Assembly (NCBI GenBank): GCA_951406725.2
Contig: OX597827.1
Coordinates: 53,754,001 to 53,818,000 of the forward strand
Reading direction: 5' to 3'
Length of the DNA stretch: 64,000 bases
Source: Octopus vulgaris
Taxonomy: Eukaryota
Shown here: piece by piece, positions 63,904 to 64,000 of the stretch
Numbering within the stretch: the stretch's first letter is position 1
How the letters are laid out: each line of letters begins with the position of its first letter
Notes under the pieces: generated by a model
Databases searched by the model: none
What the model was told of the DNA's origin: nothing
The model's input: only the letters and a program-made list of their open reading frames with translations
Program-made: the position numbers and the translations under genes

Positions 63904-63946
63904 TCTACATTGATGAGGAGCAAATACCCTGAAACTAGTCTGTAGA
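63904..63946 (+). ncRNA. Minimal type-I hammerhead motif, mildly decayed
   Basis: UCUACA-UUGAUGA-GGAG(CAAAUA)CCCU-GAAA-CUAG-UC-UGUAGA: perfect 6-bp helix I, palindromic helix III, GUC triplet. Confidence 0.65.
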
Positions 63947-64000
63947 TGCGAGGACAGCAAAGCGAAGCAGCTGACTTCCCCTGTTTGAAGGTTATAATGG

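Overview
Eukaryotic, AT-rich, repeat-dominated DNA. The SINE, LINE and microsatellite content suggests a coleoid cephalopod, probably Octopus (inference). No intact host gene is recognisable. Every convincing ORF is a decayed mobile-element fragment: a Tx1/L1 LINE, an R4/Dong LINE, RTE LINEs, a CR1-like LINE, two Penelope-like elements (PLEs) and a mariner remnant. These are mixed with three tRNA-derived SINE families (called A, B and C here), several MITEs and very long (TA)/(TG) compound microsatellites. The most notable features are: (1) minimal type-I hammerhead ribozyme motifs from several unrelated PLE-type families, including one with an intact core (58805-58892, minus) and a recurrent CUGUUGA core variant; (2) a SINE-A subfamily sharing its 3' tail with the Tx1 LINE, with both tending to insert just before GGTAT, often into other SINE-A copies; (3) an orphan 28S rRNA 3' end plus GC-rich spacer inserted in the middle of a SINE. 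Two repeat-poor blocks (about 28-32 kb and 51-56 kb) carry splice and promoter motifs suggesting 5' exons of a + strand host gene, at low confidence. Repeat boundaries are approximate unless a TSD is quoted.
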